Positions 1 through 10,257 are shown, counted from the first letter of the stretch. The stretch is DNA of 64,000 bases from an uncultured Chloroflexia bacterium (GCA_963707395.1 CAVPPQ010000020.1:262021-326020), one strand, 5' to 3'. Made by a program: numbers and translations. Notes: generated by a model from the sequence alone, not told the origin.

Positions 1-265
1 ACGTGCGCGCGGCTTCACTGCGGTCCTCGGGGTGGCTGGCCAACCTCGCCCAGGTCTCCGGGGTGTAGCTGAACCGGGTCAGGTAGAGCGCCATGGCAGA
101 ACCTCCATCGTTGCGTCCCCGCCATCACGATCCGCGGGCGCGCGACCGTGGACGCTAGGGTACCTGCGGCAGGCTTGTCAGGTTCCGGCGCGTCGTCGAC
201 ATCGTCGTCCACGGGCGAACGGTCGGCGCTGGCCGCCGGCGCGGCCTGCCGCCGTGATGGCGCGA

Positions 266-808
266 TCAGCCGTGGTCGTGCGCGGCCGCCTCGCCACCCC
301 CGTGCGCGCCGGCGGCCATCGCCCCGTACAGGTGGTGCGACCAGACCTGCAGCCCCAACGTGGCCTCGACGTGGTCGCGCACGGCCTCGACCGAGGCGCC
401 GGGGCCCGGTCGCAGGCGGACCACCTCCGCGAGGCGGAGTCGGATCTCGTGCTCGAGCTTCCTACCCAGCGTATCGAGCAGTCGGGTGGGGTCGCCGCTC
501 TCGACGGCCTGTTCCGCGACGGGGATGACGGGCCCGGTCGAGAGGCCCGCGGGCTTCAGCCCCGTGTACGGGGCTCCCTCGCCGGCGCGGTGCACACGCA
601 CGACCGTCTCGAAGAAGTACATCTCGGCGATCTCGTCGACGACCGGGTCGCCGCGGAGGGCGGCGGCCGCGAGCTCGTAGGCGGCGAGCACCTCGGCCTC
701 TCCGGAGGCCTGGACGTAGGGCAGCACGAGGTCGACGTCTCGGGCTTCGAGGGCCCGGCGGGCGGCGCTGACGACCGGACCGTCCATCGAATCGCAATGC
801 GGAGGCAT
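266..808 (-). CDS. hypothetical protein with His-rich C-terminus (possible metal-binding)
   Basis: Protein-like segment of the 266..1003 ORF beginning MPPHCDSMDG...; C-terminus HHLYGAMAAGAHGGGEAAAHDHG is His/Gly-rich; upstream part of the ORF is Arg/Gly junk. Start chosen at the internal Met. Confidence 0.45.
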   Translation of the reverse strand: MPPHCDSMDGPVVSAARRALEARDVDLVLPYVQASGEAEVLAAYELAAAALRGDPVVDEIAEMYFFETVVRVHRAGEGAPYTGLKPAGLSTGPVIPVAEQAVESGDPTRLLDTLGRKLEHEIRLRLAEVVRLRPGPGASVEAVRDHVEATLGLQVWSHHLYGAMAAGAHGGGEAAAHDHG

Positions 809-1376
809 CGTCTGGCTCCTCTCCGCCACGACCCTCACGCGGCTTCGAGCCGACGATCCCCCACGTTCGGGACCGGGCGCGCCTGCGCGGTCGCGGCGAC
901 CGCATCGATCGTGAACCGCCCGAAGACATCGCGGTAGAGCCAGGTGGACCAGGCCGCGCCGGTAGCCGGGAACGAGCCGGCCCACCCATCCATCAGTCTG
1001 CACGGAGGACCCTATCCATGAGCGAAGCCTTCAGCACGCTGGGTACGACCCTCTCGAGGGACGCCCAGGACATCGCGCAGGTCCACGCGAACCACGACAG
1101 CCCCGATGGGCTCGAGGGGTTCATCCCGAGGTCGGTGCCGACGACCACCGGCTTGAGCAGCTCTTGGCGCTCATCGCGAACGTCCGCCGCGACCCGCAAC
1201 GCAGGCGGCGTCCGTACTCGCCCGACGACTTCCAGCCCCAGCAGGGTTCACGGGCCGAGGTCGATCAGGCCTCGCTGCGGTCCGGGGTCGATGCCGCGAT
1301 GGCGGCCTTCGGCGGGGTCGCGAAGCGTGATGGACCGAGGCGATGGGTCGAAGCGGCCGGGGCGGGCCGCTCCTCC

Positions 1377-1739
1377 TCAGCGGTGGGTCAGGACGCCCGT
1401 GACCTCGAACCGGTCGCCGTTGCCGATCGTGAACGAGCAGACGACCTCATCGACCGCGTTGGCCATCCTCCCCACAGCGGCGGCGTCCCACGTGACGATG
1501 CCGTTGACCACGCGCTTGAGTTGCGTCAGCGTCCCACCCTCCTCGAAGAGGAGCACGTTGAAGACCGCCGGTGACTGGAAGCCCGCAGCATTCGGGGTGG
1601 CCCGTAGCGTGAGCGTGCCAGCCGCGCCGCAGTCGGCTTCGACGCCCATATGGGATGCGGCGGCGGGCTGCGCCAGCGCTCCGATCGTCGCGAGCGCGAC
1701 GGGCACCATGAAAGCGATCGTTCGTCGATGGATGGCCAC
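1377..1739 (-). CDS. small secreted hypothetical protein (N-terminal signal peptide)
   Basis: ORF with hydrophobic signal-like N-terminus MAIHRRTIAFMVPVALATIGALAQPAAAS followed by balanced composition; no recognisable domain. Confidence 0.5.
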   Translation of the reverse strand: MAIHRRTIAFMVPVALATIGALAQPAAASHMGVEADCGAAGTLTLRATPNAAGFQSPAVFNVLLFEEGGTLTQLKRVVNGIVTWDAAAVGRMANAVDEVVCSFTIGNGDRFEVTGVLTHR

Positions 1740-1991
1740 GACTCGTCCTCCTTTGTGCGCCCCCGCTTACGGGCGGGGGCCCCAAGGCCGCGGCCGTCGC
1801 GGGAGTCTACGCGTGGCTACCCGCCGTGACAAGGGAGCACCGGAAGGCTGATCCCGGTCCATCCGCCGACACGCGCTCAGGCCGCCGCTCCTGCGACGGG
1901 CCGTGGCAGAGGCCGGACACCACGGCCGCTTCTCGATGGCCGGCCGCTGGAGGCGGAGGCCGCGAAGGGGGTCGCGCCTCTTCTCGCGCCG

Positions 1992-2348
1992 TCAGCCTGC
2001 CGCTGGAGCAGTGCTGGCCGGTCCCCAGACGGTCATGGCCAGGTCGTGGTCGAAGAGGTACTCGCGGTAGTAGACGAGCTTCCGACGACGTAGCCGGTAG
2101 ACACCCGCCACCTCGGTGTGGAACGAGAGCCCGTCGGTGGTGACCTGGGCGGTGTCGAACTCGACGTACATCGTGTTTCCGAGGTCGAGGGCGAGGGGGT
2201 TGACGAAGGCGACGTGCCGGACCGTCAGCCGGATCGACGCCATGCGCTCGAACCAGCGGCGGAAGAAGGCCTCGATGGCAGCCTTGCCCTCATAGCGTCC
2301 GCTGAGCGAGGACCGACCGGGGAACTCCAGGGCCCCGTCGTGCCCCAC
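1992..2348 (-). CDS. SnoaL-like / NTF2-like (ketosteroid-isomerase fold) protein
   Basis: 118-aa ORF with GRYEGKAAIEAFFRRWFERM... pattern typical of SnoaL-like polyketide cyclase/NTF2 superfamily. Confidence 0.55.
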   Translation of the reverse strand: MGHDGALEFPGRSSLSGRYEGKAAIEAFFRRWFERMASIRLTVRHVAFVNPLALDLGNTMYVEFDTAQVTTDGLSFHTEVAGVYRLRRRKLVYYREYLFDHDLAMTVWGPASTAPAAG

Positions 2349-2353
2349 ACGAG

Positions 2354-2884
2354 CTACTCAGCGAGCAGCGGCACCGGGGGCAACTCGCCAGGGAAGATGG
2401 CCGCGATGCCAGATGGCGTCATCCCGAAGTCCAGGAAGACCAGCGCCGTCAGGCCCTCGTAGCCGCCCTCGCCGCTGAGCACGGCGCTGGCCATCCAATC
2501 CGAGCCGACCTTGCCCCGGGTCATCGGTCCGACCCAGCGACCGTCGTCGTTCGCCACCTCGAGCAGGACCGACTCGACCATGACAGCGGCACCCTGGTAG
2601 ATGTCCCGGTTGCCGGTGGTGGTCACCATCCCGGAGAGGCGAGGGTCGCTCGACTCCCAGGAGGATTCGGTGTGGTCGCCCTCGAAGTGGAGGACCCCGG
2701 GGTCGTCCGCCAGCCGCGTGCCATCCACCCAGGGAGGGTGCGCATCGAAGGCGATGGTCGCCGCCCTCGGGCGCATCAGGTCGGTCGGCTCGTCCGACTG
2801 GCCGACGGCGACGGCAGCAGCGAGCAGGGGGATCGCGACGAGCCCCAGGACGACGGAGAGGGAGAGACCGAGAACCTTGCGCAT
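2354..2884 (-). CDS. secreted hypothetical protein
   Basis: Internal Met start MRKVLGLSLSVVLGLVAIPLLAAAVAVG (signal peptide) inside 2354..2977 ORF; upstream residues Arg-rich junk. Confidence 0.5.
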   Translation of the reverse strand: MRKVLGLSLSVVLGLVAIPLLAAAVAVGQSDEPTDLMRPRAATIAFDAHPPWVDGTRLADDPGVLHFEGDHTESSWESSDPRLSGMVTTTGNRDIYQGAAVMVESVLLEVANDDGRWVGPMTRGKVGSDWMASAVLSGEGGYEGLTALVFLDFGMTPSGIAAIFPGELPPVPLLAE

Positions 2885-3573
2885 GTGCGCTTCCTCCCGC
2901 CCCCCGGCAGGTCGGCATCGGCGACTGTCTCGCCGCCCGGTGCGGCCGTGAGCGGCCGACACTACAGGGTGGGGCACCCGATGTCCACGCGCACGGCTGC
3001 GCCGCTATCCCCAGCCGATGACGGTCGCGACACCGAGATGGATGCCATCGTGGCAATGCTCTCCGAAGCGGCCGGTGCCAGCCGACCTGACACAGATGCC
3101 CCAGTACCGTCCATCCCATGAGATCGCCCGAGCCGCTCATCGTCTCCTGGCAGGGCCGCCAGCTCCGCATCCGCCACGACGACCCGCACCTGGGCCCGTA
3201 CACCCCGCGGGGCGCCGTCATCCGCTCCGCCATGGAGCTGGCGTCGGATGTCGAGGGCTTGTGGCTCTATCTCGTCTCGGCCATCGGGGACCGCTACCGC
3301 GTCAGGGTCAGCGACGACGGGACCGTGGTCGGGCTGTGGCGGCGGAGTTGAACCGCTCCTTGCCACCCTCCGTGAAGAGCAGCTCCCATCGGACGGGCTC
3401 ACAGCCACCACTCCCGGTGGTGAGCGTATCCATCGCTCGTGTTTCCCTTCGCGGTGATCGCCTCGCATCGTGGGGGCATCCCGATCCGGTGTGACGGACG
3501 CGGTGCGGCGGCCAGGGTGGCCGCCGGTCAGGCGCGACGACGGTCGGGATCACCGCTGATAGGAGGCGACCCC

Positions 3574-5035
3574 ATGAGCACGTTCCATCCCGATCCACGC
3601 CGCTGGTGGGCCCTCGTGCTCATCGCGGTGGCCCAGTTCCTCGTCATCATGGACACGTCGATCATCGGCGTGGCCCTGCCCGAGATCCAGGAGGCTCTCG
3701 GCTTCTCCCAGGCGCAGCTGTCCTGGGTCTTCAACGCGTACGTCATCGCCTTCGGCGGCCTGCTGCTACTGGGCGGGCGCCTGTCTGACATCCACGGGCC
3801 TCGGCGCATCTTCGCGCTCGGCTTCGCCATCCTCGGCGGGGCATCGCTGCTGACGGGCCTCGCCGGATCACCCGAGATCCTGCTCCTGGGCCGGGCGCTC
3901 CAGGGCGCTGGCTCGGCGCTCATCGCGCCTGCCGCGCTGACGCTCCTGATGACGCTCTTCGCCCATGATCCCAAGGAGCTCACGCGCGCCTTCGCGATCT
4001 ACGGCGCAGCCGCTCCTGCCGGCGGTACGGCCGGCGTCTTCCTGGGCGGCCTGCTCACCGACGCTCTTGACTGGCGCTGGGTCTTCCTTGTCAACGTGCC
4101 GGTAGCGATCGCGGTGCTGGCGCTCGTCCGGCGCCTGCTGCCAGAAGGCATGTCCAGCCGCCGCGGCCTGGATGTCCTGGGCGCGGTCTCCATCACCGGT
4201 GCCCTGTCGCTCGCGGTCCTGGGTATCGTCCGGGCTCCCGAGCTGGGCTGGACCTCGACGGAGACGCTCCTCACCCTGGGTGCGGCCGCCGTGCTCCTGG
4301 GCCTGTTCCTCGTGCTCCAGGCCGTCCGGCGTGAGCCGCTGATGCCGCTCGCCATCTGGCGAGCGCCGAATCTCGCGGTCGCGAACCTGGCGATGGCCCT
4401 GCTGGGTGCCGCCTGGGTCCCGGCCTGGTTCTTCCTCAACCTGTATCTCCAGCAGGTCATCGGCTTCGGCCCCTTCGAGGGCGGCGCGGCGCTGGTGCCG
4501 ATGACGCTCACGATCATGGTCCTGATGATCGGCGTGACCGCCCGGGTCGTCGCCCGCTTCGGCTTCCGGACCCCGCTGGTCGCGGGCATGGTCATCCTCG
4601 CAGCGGGCATCGCCTGGCTGGCGCTCCTGCCCGCCGGCGGGGACTTCGTCGCCAACGTGCTGCCGGCCAGCCTCGTGGCGGCGACCGGCATGGCGCTTCG
4701 CTTACATCCCGGCCATGCTCGCGGCACTCTCCGGTGCACGACCCGAGGAGGGCGGGCTGGCGTCGGGCATCGTCAACACCACGTACCAAGTTGGCTCGGC
4801 CCTGGGTCTCGCGGTCGTGGCGGCGATCGCCACCGCGAACGGTGCCGGCCAGGTCGACGACGTCGATGCCTTGGTGCGCGGGTTCGGCGCAGCCTTCACC
4901 GTCGCGGCGGCGGTCGCGTTGGGCGGGGCGATCATCGCTGCGGTCGGCCTCCGACGGCAGGCACCGGTGACCGATGTCGGGAACGCCGCCCCGGACACCA
5001 CGCCCACCTCGAGCTCGCCCATGCCGGCGGCATAG
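3574..5035 (+). CDS. MFS transporter, DHA2/EmrB-QacA-like (14-TM drug:H+ antiporter family); apparent frameshift near 4695-4715
   Basis: MSTFHPDPRRWWALVLIAVAQFLVIMDTSIIGVALPEIQ... is a classic DHA2 N-terminus. The reading frame breaks after ...VAATGMAL, and the conserved continuation AYIPAMLAALSGARPEEGGLASGIVNTTYQVGSALGLAVV... resumes in the +1 frame (ORF 4715..5035). Either a genuine pseudogene or a 1-nt assembly error. Confidence 0.6.
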
Positions 5036-5157
5036 TCCCGGTGAGCCGCAGCGAGCCCTCATCGCTGCGGCCCACCCTCCCGGTCCCGACCCTGCGACCC
5101 GCCGACGATGTTGGCGGGTCGCTCAGGTGCTAGGCGCCATTCGTACAATCGCGGCTG

Positions 5158-6081
5158 ATGGACGAGCGATCCGATCCCGTCCCCGGTCTGGACGTCCTCG
5201 AGCTCCGCCAGCTGCGTCACTTCCTGGCGGTCGCCGAGGAGCTCAACTTCACGCGCGCCGCCGAGCGGCTGCATCTCGCCCAGCAGGGTCTCTCGGCGTC
5301 CATCGGGCGCCTCGAGGACCAGTTGGGTGTGGCCCTGTTCTTGCGGAACACGCGCCGCGTCGAGCTGACCTCCGCGGGGGAGGTGCTCGTCGAGGGAGCG
5401 CGCGCGGTGGTCCAGGCGGCGTCAGACGCCCTGGAGCAGGTGCACCTCGTGGCGCAGGGTCGCAAGGGCCGTCTGAGCGTGGGGTTCTCGACCGCGGCCG
5501 GCGGTGTGGAGGTCGTGCGCGAGATCCTGCGGACGTTCGCCGAACGCGCACCGGACGTGGATCTCCGGACGAAGGAACACGACTTCTCCGATCCGTCGGC
5601 CGGGCTAGCGGACGGCAGCGTCCAGGTTGCCTTCATCTTCGGGCCGCTGCCCGTCGACGGCCTGTCCTCCATCACGCTGCTGGAGGAGCAGCGGCTGCTC
5701 GCGGTGCGGCCGGAGCACCCGCTCGCGTCCCGCTCATCCGTGAGGAGCGACGAGCTGCGGGCACTGCGGTGGTTGCAGGTACCGGGCCCGCGCGGTCCCT
5801 GGCCCGACTTCTGGTTCCCACGGCCTGTGACGGGTGGCCCCGGTCCAACGATCCGAACCGCCGACGAATGGGTCACGGCCATCGAATCGGGCCGCGGCGC
5901 CGCGTTCACGATGCCCACCGTGATGCGCAACTTCACGACCGCGCGGGTGTCCGTCCTGCCGATCGATGACCTGCCGCCGGCCGCTGTGCTCCTCGCATGG
6001 CGCACGGCGGATCCGGATCCGCTCGCACGTTCGCTCGTCGCGGTCGCGCTCGAGGTGATGGCTGCGGCGATGCGTCGCTGA
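5158..6081 (+). CDS. LysR-family transcriptional regulator
   Basis: N-terminal HTH LELRQLRHFLAVAEELNFTRAAERLHLAQQGLSASIGRLEDQLGVALFLRNTRRVELTSAGE plus LysR substrate-binding-type C-terminus. Confidence 0.85.
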   Translation: MDERSDPVPGLDVLELRQLRHFLAVAEELNFTRAAERLHLAQQGLSASIGRLEDQLGVALFLRNTRRVELTSAGEVLVEGARAVVQAASDALEQVHLVAQGRKGRLSVGFSTAAGGVEVVREILRTFAERAPDVDLRTKEHDFSDPSAGLADGSVQVAFIFGPLPVDGLSSITLLEEQRLLAVRPEHPLASRSSVRSDELRALRWLQVPGPRGPWPDFWFPRPVTGGPGPTIRTADEWVTAIESGRGAAFTMPTVMRNFTTARVSVLPIDDLPPAAVLLAWRTADPDPLARSLVAVALEVMAAAMRR

Positions 6082-6463
6082 GCGGCGGCACGCGGCACCT
6101 CGGTCCCGGGGAAGGGACACGGGGAGCCACTCAGCGGTGAGCCGGGGCCGACTCGCTCGCATCGGACGTTCGAAGCCCTCAGGGAAGCGGGTCGCCCCAC
6201 GGGATCCACAACGCACGCAGGTGACGCCGCCACGGACACGTGTTTCCCCCCGCGGCGCTGCCTCCATACGGTCGTGAGCAGTCGGTGACGGTCGGTCGTC
6301 GCCGGATCGACCCAGGAGGCGCCCTCGCCATGGCATCCGCATTCACACTGCCGGGCGCCCTGCTGGCGGCCAGGATCCTGTGCACCGGAGATGCGACCCT
6401 GGAGCGGGGGGTCCGCACATCGACGCCCCGGTCGATGTGCGGCTGCGTGGCGGGCGGCCGGTG

Positions 6464-7345
6464 ATGCGCCGCCTCCGGTCCAGCGGCGACCGCCCCGTGG
6501 TGATCATCGGCAGTGGCGTGGCCGGCGTGGCCACGGCCGCATCGTTGCGATCCAGCGGCTACGGGGCCCGGGTCATCCTGGTCTCCGAGGAGTGTGTGCT
6601 GCCGTATCGGAGGTCGCTCCTTCCCACGTCCTACCTGCGCGGCGAGGTGTCACGCGAAGAACTGCTCATCCATCCTGCCGAGTGGTATCGAGAGGCCCGC
6701 GTCGACCTCCTGCTGGGCGCTCGCGCGATACGCATCGACCGGCGAGAGCGCACCCTCGAAGTCCGCGGCCATGGCGCCATCCCCTACCGCCGGCTCGTCC
6801 TTGCCACGGGCGTGCGTGAAGACATCCCGTTGGGGATCCGGGCGGCGTACGGGGTCGGGTCGATCCGAGCGGTCGACGCCCTTCGAGCAGCGGCGGAGCG
6901 TGCCCGGTCAGCGATCGTGGTCGGTGTGGGCCGGATGGCGTCCGAGGTGACGTGCTCTCTCACCATGCTCGGACTCGGCGTGACGCTGCTCGCTCCGGAA
7001 GACCTCGTGGGTCCTGTAGCTCTGGGCGCCGGCCGCTGCAAGATCGCCGTCACGACCGCTGCGGGCGTCACGCTGCGGGCGGACCTCATCGTCCGAGCCC
7101 TCCGGGGGCGGCCCGACTCGGAGCTCGCATCAGACACCGGCCTGTCATCGACCGAGGGCGGGCCGATGGATCCGGTCGGCATGACGATCGACCCGGCCAT
7201 CTTCGCCACCGGCGGGCTGCTCGGCATCACGGATGAGACCACGGCGGAGGCGCACGCGAGGTCCGTCGCCTGCGCGCTCATGGGGATGGACGTCATGCCT
7301 GCGATCGATGGGTGGCCTCCGGACCCTGCCGGCGCCACCGGCTGA
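6464..7345 (+). CDS. FAD-dependent pyridine-nucleotide oxidoreductase, ferredoxin/rubredoxin-reductase-like, short (C-terminal domain missing)
   Basis: VVIIGSGVAGVATAASL Rossmann motif; ...EECVLPYRRSLLPTSYL resembles the LPYxRPxLSK motif of ferredoxin reductases; only ~294 aa versus ~400 typical. Confidence 0.55.
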   Translation: MRRLRSSGDRPVVIIGSGVAGVATAASLRSSGYGARVILVSEECVLPYRRSLLPTSYLRGEVSREELLIHPAEWYREARVDLLLGARAIRIDRRERTLEVRGHGAIPYRRLVLATGVREDIPLGIRAAYGVGSIRAVDALRAAAERARSAIVVGVGRMASEVTCSLTMLGLGVTLLAPEDLVGPVALGAGRCKIAVTTAAGVTLRADLIVRALRGRPDSELASDTGLSSTEGGPMDPVGMTIDPAIFATGGLLGITDETTAEAHARSVACALMGMDVMPAIDGWPPDPAGATG

Positions 7346-7468
7346 ACGGGATCCACAACGCCCGGTGGTGAGTCGCCCCCAGGCAGATGTTTCCCTCGCC
7401 GGAGTCGCCGACCTACCTTCGAGTCGACCGGCGACAGCCGCCGGATGAGACCAGGGAGGACCCAAGAG

Positions 7469-9745
7469 ATGCAGGACGCTCATGCGCATCACCCGATCGC
7501 CGCCGGCGGTCCGTTCATCCATGGCGCCGGTGCCGGTGGTGGCGGCAGCCACTCGGACCACGTGACACTCGATCCGCGGCACGCTGGCCACGACATGAGT
7601 AGCCCGGCCGCCGCACCCCGAGGCCACGACGGCCACGGGACGCAGTCAGCCACCCCGGATCACACGGGTGTTGCAGCCCACTCCGGCCACACTCCCGTGA
7701 CCGATCACGCCGGCCACGCGGTCGCCCCCGGCCACGCCGGCCACGACCGGCACGAGGGCCACTCGGTCGCGATGTTCCGAGACCGGTTCTGGCTGAGCCT
7801 GCTGCTCACGATCCCCATCGTGCTGCTCAGCCACGACGTGGCGATGTGGCTGGGCTACGAGGTGCCGGCACTGCTCGGCGCGGCCTGGCTGCCGGCGATC
7901 CTGGGCACGATCGTGTTCAGCTACGGCGGAACGGTCTTCCTGCGCGGTGGCGTGCAGGAGCTGCGAGACCGGCAGCCGGGGATGATGACGCTCATCTCCA
8001 TGGCCATCGTGGTCGCGTTCGTGACCAGCTGGGCGGGCACTCTCGGTCTGTTCGAGGTCGAGATCTGGTGGGAGCTGGCCACCCTCGTCACGATCATGCT
8101 CCTCGGTCACTGGCTGGAGATGCGCTCCATCGCCCAGGCCCGCGGCGCGCTGAGCGTGCTGGCGGAGCTGCTCCCGGACGAGGCGGAGCGGGTGACGAGC
8201 GATGGCATCGAGACCGTGGCGCTCGCTGCGCTCATGCCCGGCGACGTCGTCCTGGTCCGCCCGGGCGCCCGGATCCCCGCGGATGGCACCGTCGCGGAGG
8301 GTGGCGCGGAGGTGGACGAATCGATGATCACCGGCGAGTCCCGACCGGTCGCGAAGGGTCCGGGAGACCCGGTGGTCGCGGGCACCGTCGCGGCGGGCGG
8401 CTCGCTCCGCATCCGCGTCACGGCCACGGGCGAGGCCACCGCGCTGTCGGGGATCATGCGCCTCGTCGCCGCCGCCCAGGCATCCGCCTCACGTGCGCAG
8501 GCGCTGGCCGACCGCGCCGCCGCGCTCCTGTTCTACGTCGCACTCGGTGCCGGCGCCGTCACGCTCGCCTACTGGTGGCTCCAGGGCGACCAGGAGGGTG
8601 CCCTCATCCGCACAGCCACGGTGCTGGTCATCGCCTGCCCCCACGCGCTGGGTCTCGCCATCCCGCTGGTGATCGCGATCTCGACCTCGCTCGGCGCCCG
8701 GAACGGCCTGCTCGTGAAGGACCGGATCACGCTGGAGCGCGCTCGGGAGCTCGACGTCGTCATCTTTGACAAGACGGGCACCCTCACCAAGGGTCGACCA
8801 GTGCTCGCGGACATCGCCGTCGCGGATGGGATGGACGCCTCCGAGCTGCTCGCGCTCACCGCGTCGGTGGAGGCTGAATCGGAGCATCCCCTGGCGCGTG
8901 CGATCGTCGAGGGATCCCACCATCGGGGGATCCAGCCCTTCGCGGCCACCGGGTTCGAGGCGCTCACCGGGCGCGGGGCCCGGGCCCTGGTGAACGGCGA
9001 GATGGTCCACGTCGGCGGACCCCGTCTGCTCGAGGAGCTGGCCGTCACCCCCGAACGCGAGCTGGCCAGCGCGACTGCCGCATGGGACGCCGAGGGCCGG
9101 ACGGTCCTCCACGTGGTCCGCCAAGGACGCGTCCTGGGCGCGGTGGCGGTCGAGGACGAGATCCGGCCGGAGTCCGCGGAAGCCGTCGAGCAGCTCCACG
9201 CGATGGGCCTGCGGGTCGCGCTGATCACCGGCGATGCGCAGGCGGTCGCCGACTCGGTGGCGAGGCAGCTGGGGATCGACGAGGTGGCGGCGCAGGTGCT
9301 GCCCGCCGACAAGGCGGACGCGGTGCGACGCTTCCAGGCCGGAGGCCGCCGCGTCGCGATGGTCGGCGACGGCGTGAACGACGCTCCCGCCCTGGCGACC
9401 GCCGACGTGGGCATCGCGATCGGGGCAGGGACGGACGTGGCGGTGGAGTCGGCGGGCATCGTGCTGGTCGCCAGCGACCCGCGTGACGTCGTGGGGGCGA
9501 TCCGGCTCTCAGGCGCGACCTACCGGAAGATGCAGGAGAACCTGGTCTGGGCGGCCGGCTACAACGTCCTGGCCATTCCGGTGGCCGCCGGCCTGCTCAT
9601 CCCCTGGGGCATCGACCTGCCGATGGCTGTGGGCGCGATCGCCATGAGCGTCTCCACCATCGTCGTGGCCGCCAACGCCCAGCTTCTCCGACGGGTGCGG
9701 CTCCGGCCGTCTCCGCGGGAGGCGACACTCGGCGGGGCGCTCTGA
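7469..9745 (+). CDS. heavy-metal translocating P1B-type ATPase, CopB-like (CPH motif, His-rich N-terminus)
   Basis: His-rich N-terminal tail (HAHHP...GHDGHG...HSGH...GHAGHDRHEGH), transmembrane CPH motif (VIACPHALGLAIP), DKTGTLT phosphorylation motif and GDGVNDAPAL hinge motif. Confidence 0.9.
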   Translation: MQDAHAHHPIAAGGPFIHGAGAGGGGSHSDHVTLDPRHAGHDMSSPAAAPRGHDGHGTQSATPDHTGVAAHSGHTPVTDHAGHAVAPGHAGHDRHEGHSVAMFRDRFWLSLLLTIPIVLLSHDVAMWLGYEVPALLGAAWLPAILGTIVFSYGGTVFLRGGVQELRDRQPGMMTLISMAIVVAFVTSWAGTLGLFEVEIWWELATLVTIMLLGHWLEMRSIAQARGALSVLAELLPDEAERVTSDGIETVALAALMPGDVVLVRPGARIPADGTVAEGGAEVDESMITGESRPVAKGPGDPVVAGTVAAGGSLRIRVTATGEATALSGIMRLVAAAQASASRAQALADRAAALLFYVALGAGAVTLAYWWLQGDQEGALIRTATVLVIACPHALGLAIPLVIAISTSLGARNGLLVKDRITLERARELDVVIFDKTGTLTKGRPVLADIAVADGMDASELLALTASVEAESEHPLARAIVEGSHHRGIQPFAATGFEALTGRGARALVNGEMVHVGGPRLLEELAVTPERELASATAAWDAEGRTVLHVVRQGRVLGAVAVEDEIRPESAEAVEQLHAMGLRVALITGDAQAVADSVARQLGIDEVAAQVLPADKADAVRRFQAGGRRVAMVGDGVNDAPALATADVGIAIGAGTDVAVESAGIVLVASDPRDVVGAIRLSGATYRKMQENLVWAAGYNVLAIPVAAGLLIPWGIDLPMAVGAIAMSVSTIVVAANAQLLRRVRLRPSPREATLGGAL

Positions 9746-10257
9746 TCGAGCGCCGGTCCACGCCCGCCACTGGCGAGCCCGGACATGAACGCGGCCGGCG
9801 TGATGCCGGCCGCGTTCATCGTATCGCCACCGCGGATCCAGTCACCGGGCATCCGTGCGCCCCGGCGGACCGCTATCAGCGCGACCAGCGCGCCGACCAG
9901 GAGGACCACGACCGACCAGATGGGGGTGAGCACCGCCACCACCAGCCAGAGTCCGATCGAGAGGGCAGTCGTGAATGGTGGCCAGTGATATCTCCAGGCC
10001 ACCTCGAGTCCCACCGCCGCTCCAGCCAGGACCAGATAGGGCAGGAAGGCGACAAGCAAGCCGATGAGGACCTTCTCGGGGCCGGTGCCCTGCGCGATCG
10101 CCAGGGCCAATTCGACGTTGAAGCGGACCTCGATGAGCGCCTTGACGCTCAGCACGATGACCGCGATGACCGCCCACAGGATCACGGCATGCCGGCCGGC
10201 CAACGGAACGAGCGGATCCTGCTCGGCGACCGTGGGTCGCAGCGAGTCCTCCGTCAT
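9559..10257 (-). CDS. small polytopic membrane protein (hypothetical); 3' end of ORF probably not coding
   Basis: First ~150 aa (MTEDSLRPTV...ILWAVIAVIVLSV...LVALIAVRRG) form 4 plausible TM helices. The last ~80 aa are Arg/Ser/Ala junk and overlap the ATPase 3' end by 186 nt. A perfect hairpin (9785-9819) sits inside the ORF. Confidence 0.35.
   Translation of the reverse strand: MTEDSLRPTVAEQDPLVPLAGRHAVILWAVIAVIVLSVKALIEVRFNVELALAIAQGTGPEKVLIGLLVAFLPYLVLAGAAVGLEVAWRYHWPPFTTALSIGLWLVVAVLTPIWSVVVLLVGALVALIAVRRGARMPGDWIRGGDTMNAAGITPAAFMSGLASGGRGPALDQSAPPSVASRGDGRSRTRRRSWALAATTMVETLMAIAPTAIGRSMPQGMSRPAATGMARTL
9785..9819. terminator. 15-bp perfect inverted repeat (GC-rich hairpin, 5-nt loop), candidate bidirectional terminator between convergent genes
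   Basis: atgaacgcggccggc-gtgat-gccggccgcgttcat. It lies 40 nt after the ATPase stop. No U-tract, as is common in high-GC genomes. Confidence 0.45.

Noticed and set aside
1-265. Possible gene fragment at the window start and ORFs 32..937 / 148..528
   Set aside because: Overlapping Arg/Pro/Gly-rich frames with no motif; the window edge prevents assessment, so no gene is called.
5217-6239. 340-aa ORF antisense to LysR regulator
   Set aside because: Ser/Arg/Ala low complexity; the LysR frame carries the HTH motif.
7646-9459. Multiple 150-300-aa ORFs in alternative frames inside the P-type ATPase gene
   Set aside because: Nested within a CDS with canonical DKTGT/CPH/GDGVND motifs; Arg/His/Gly-rich artefacts.
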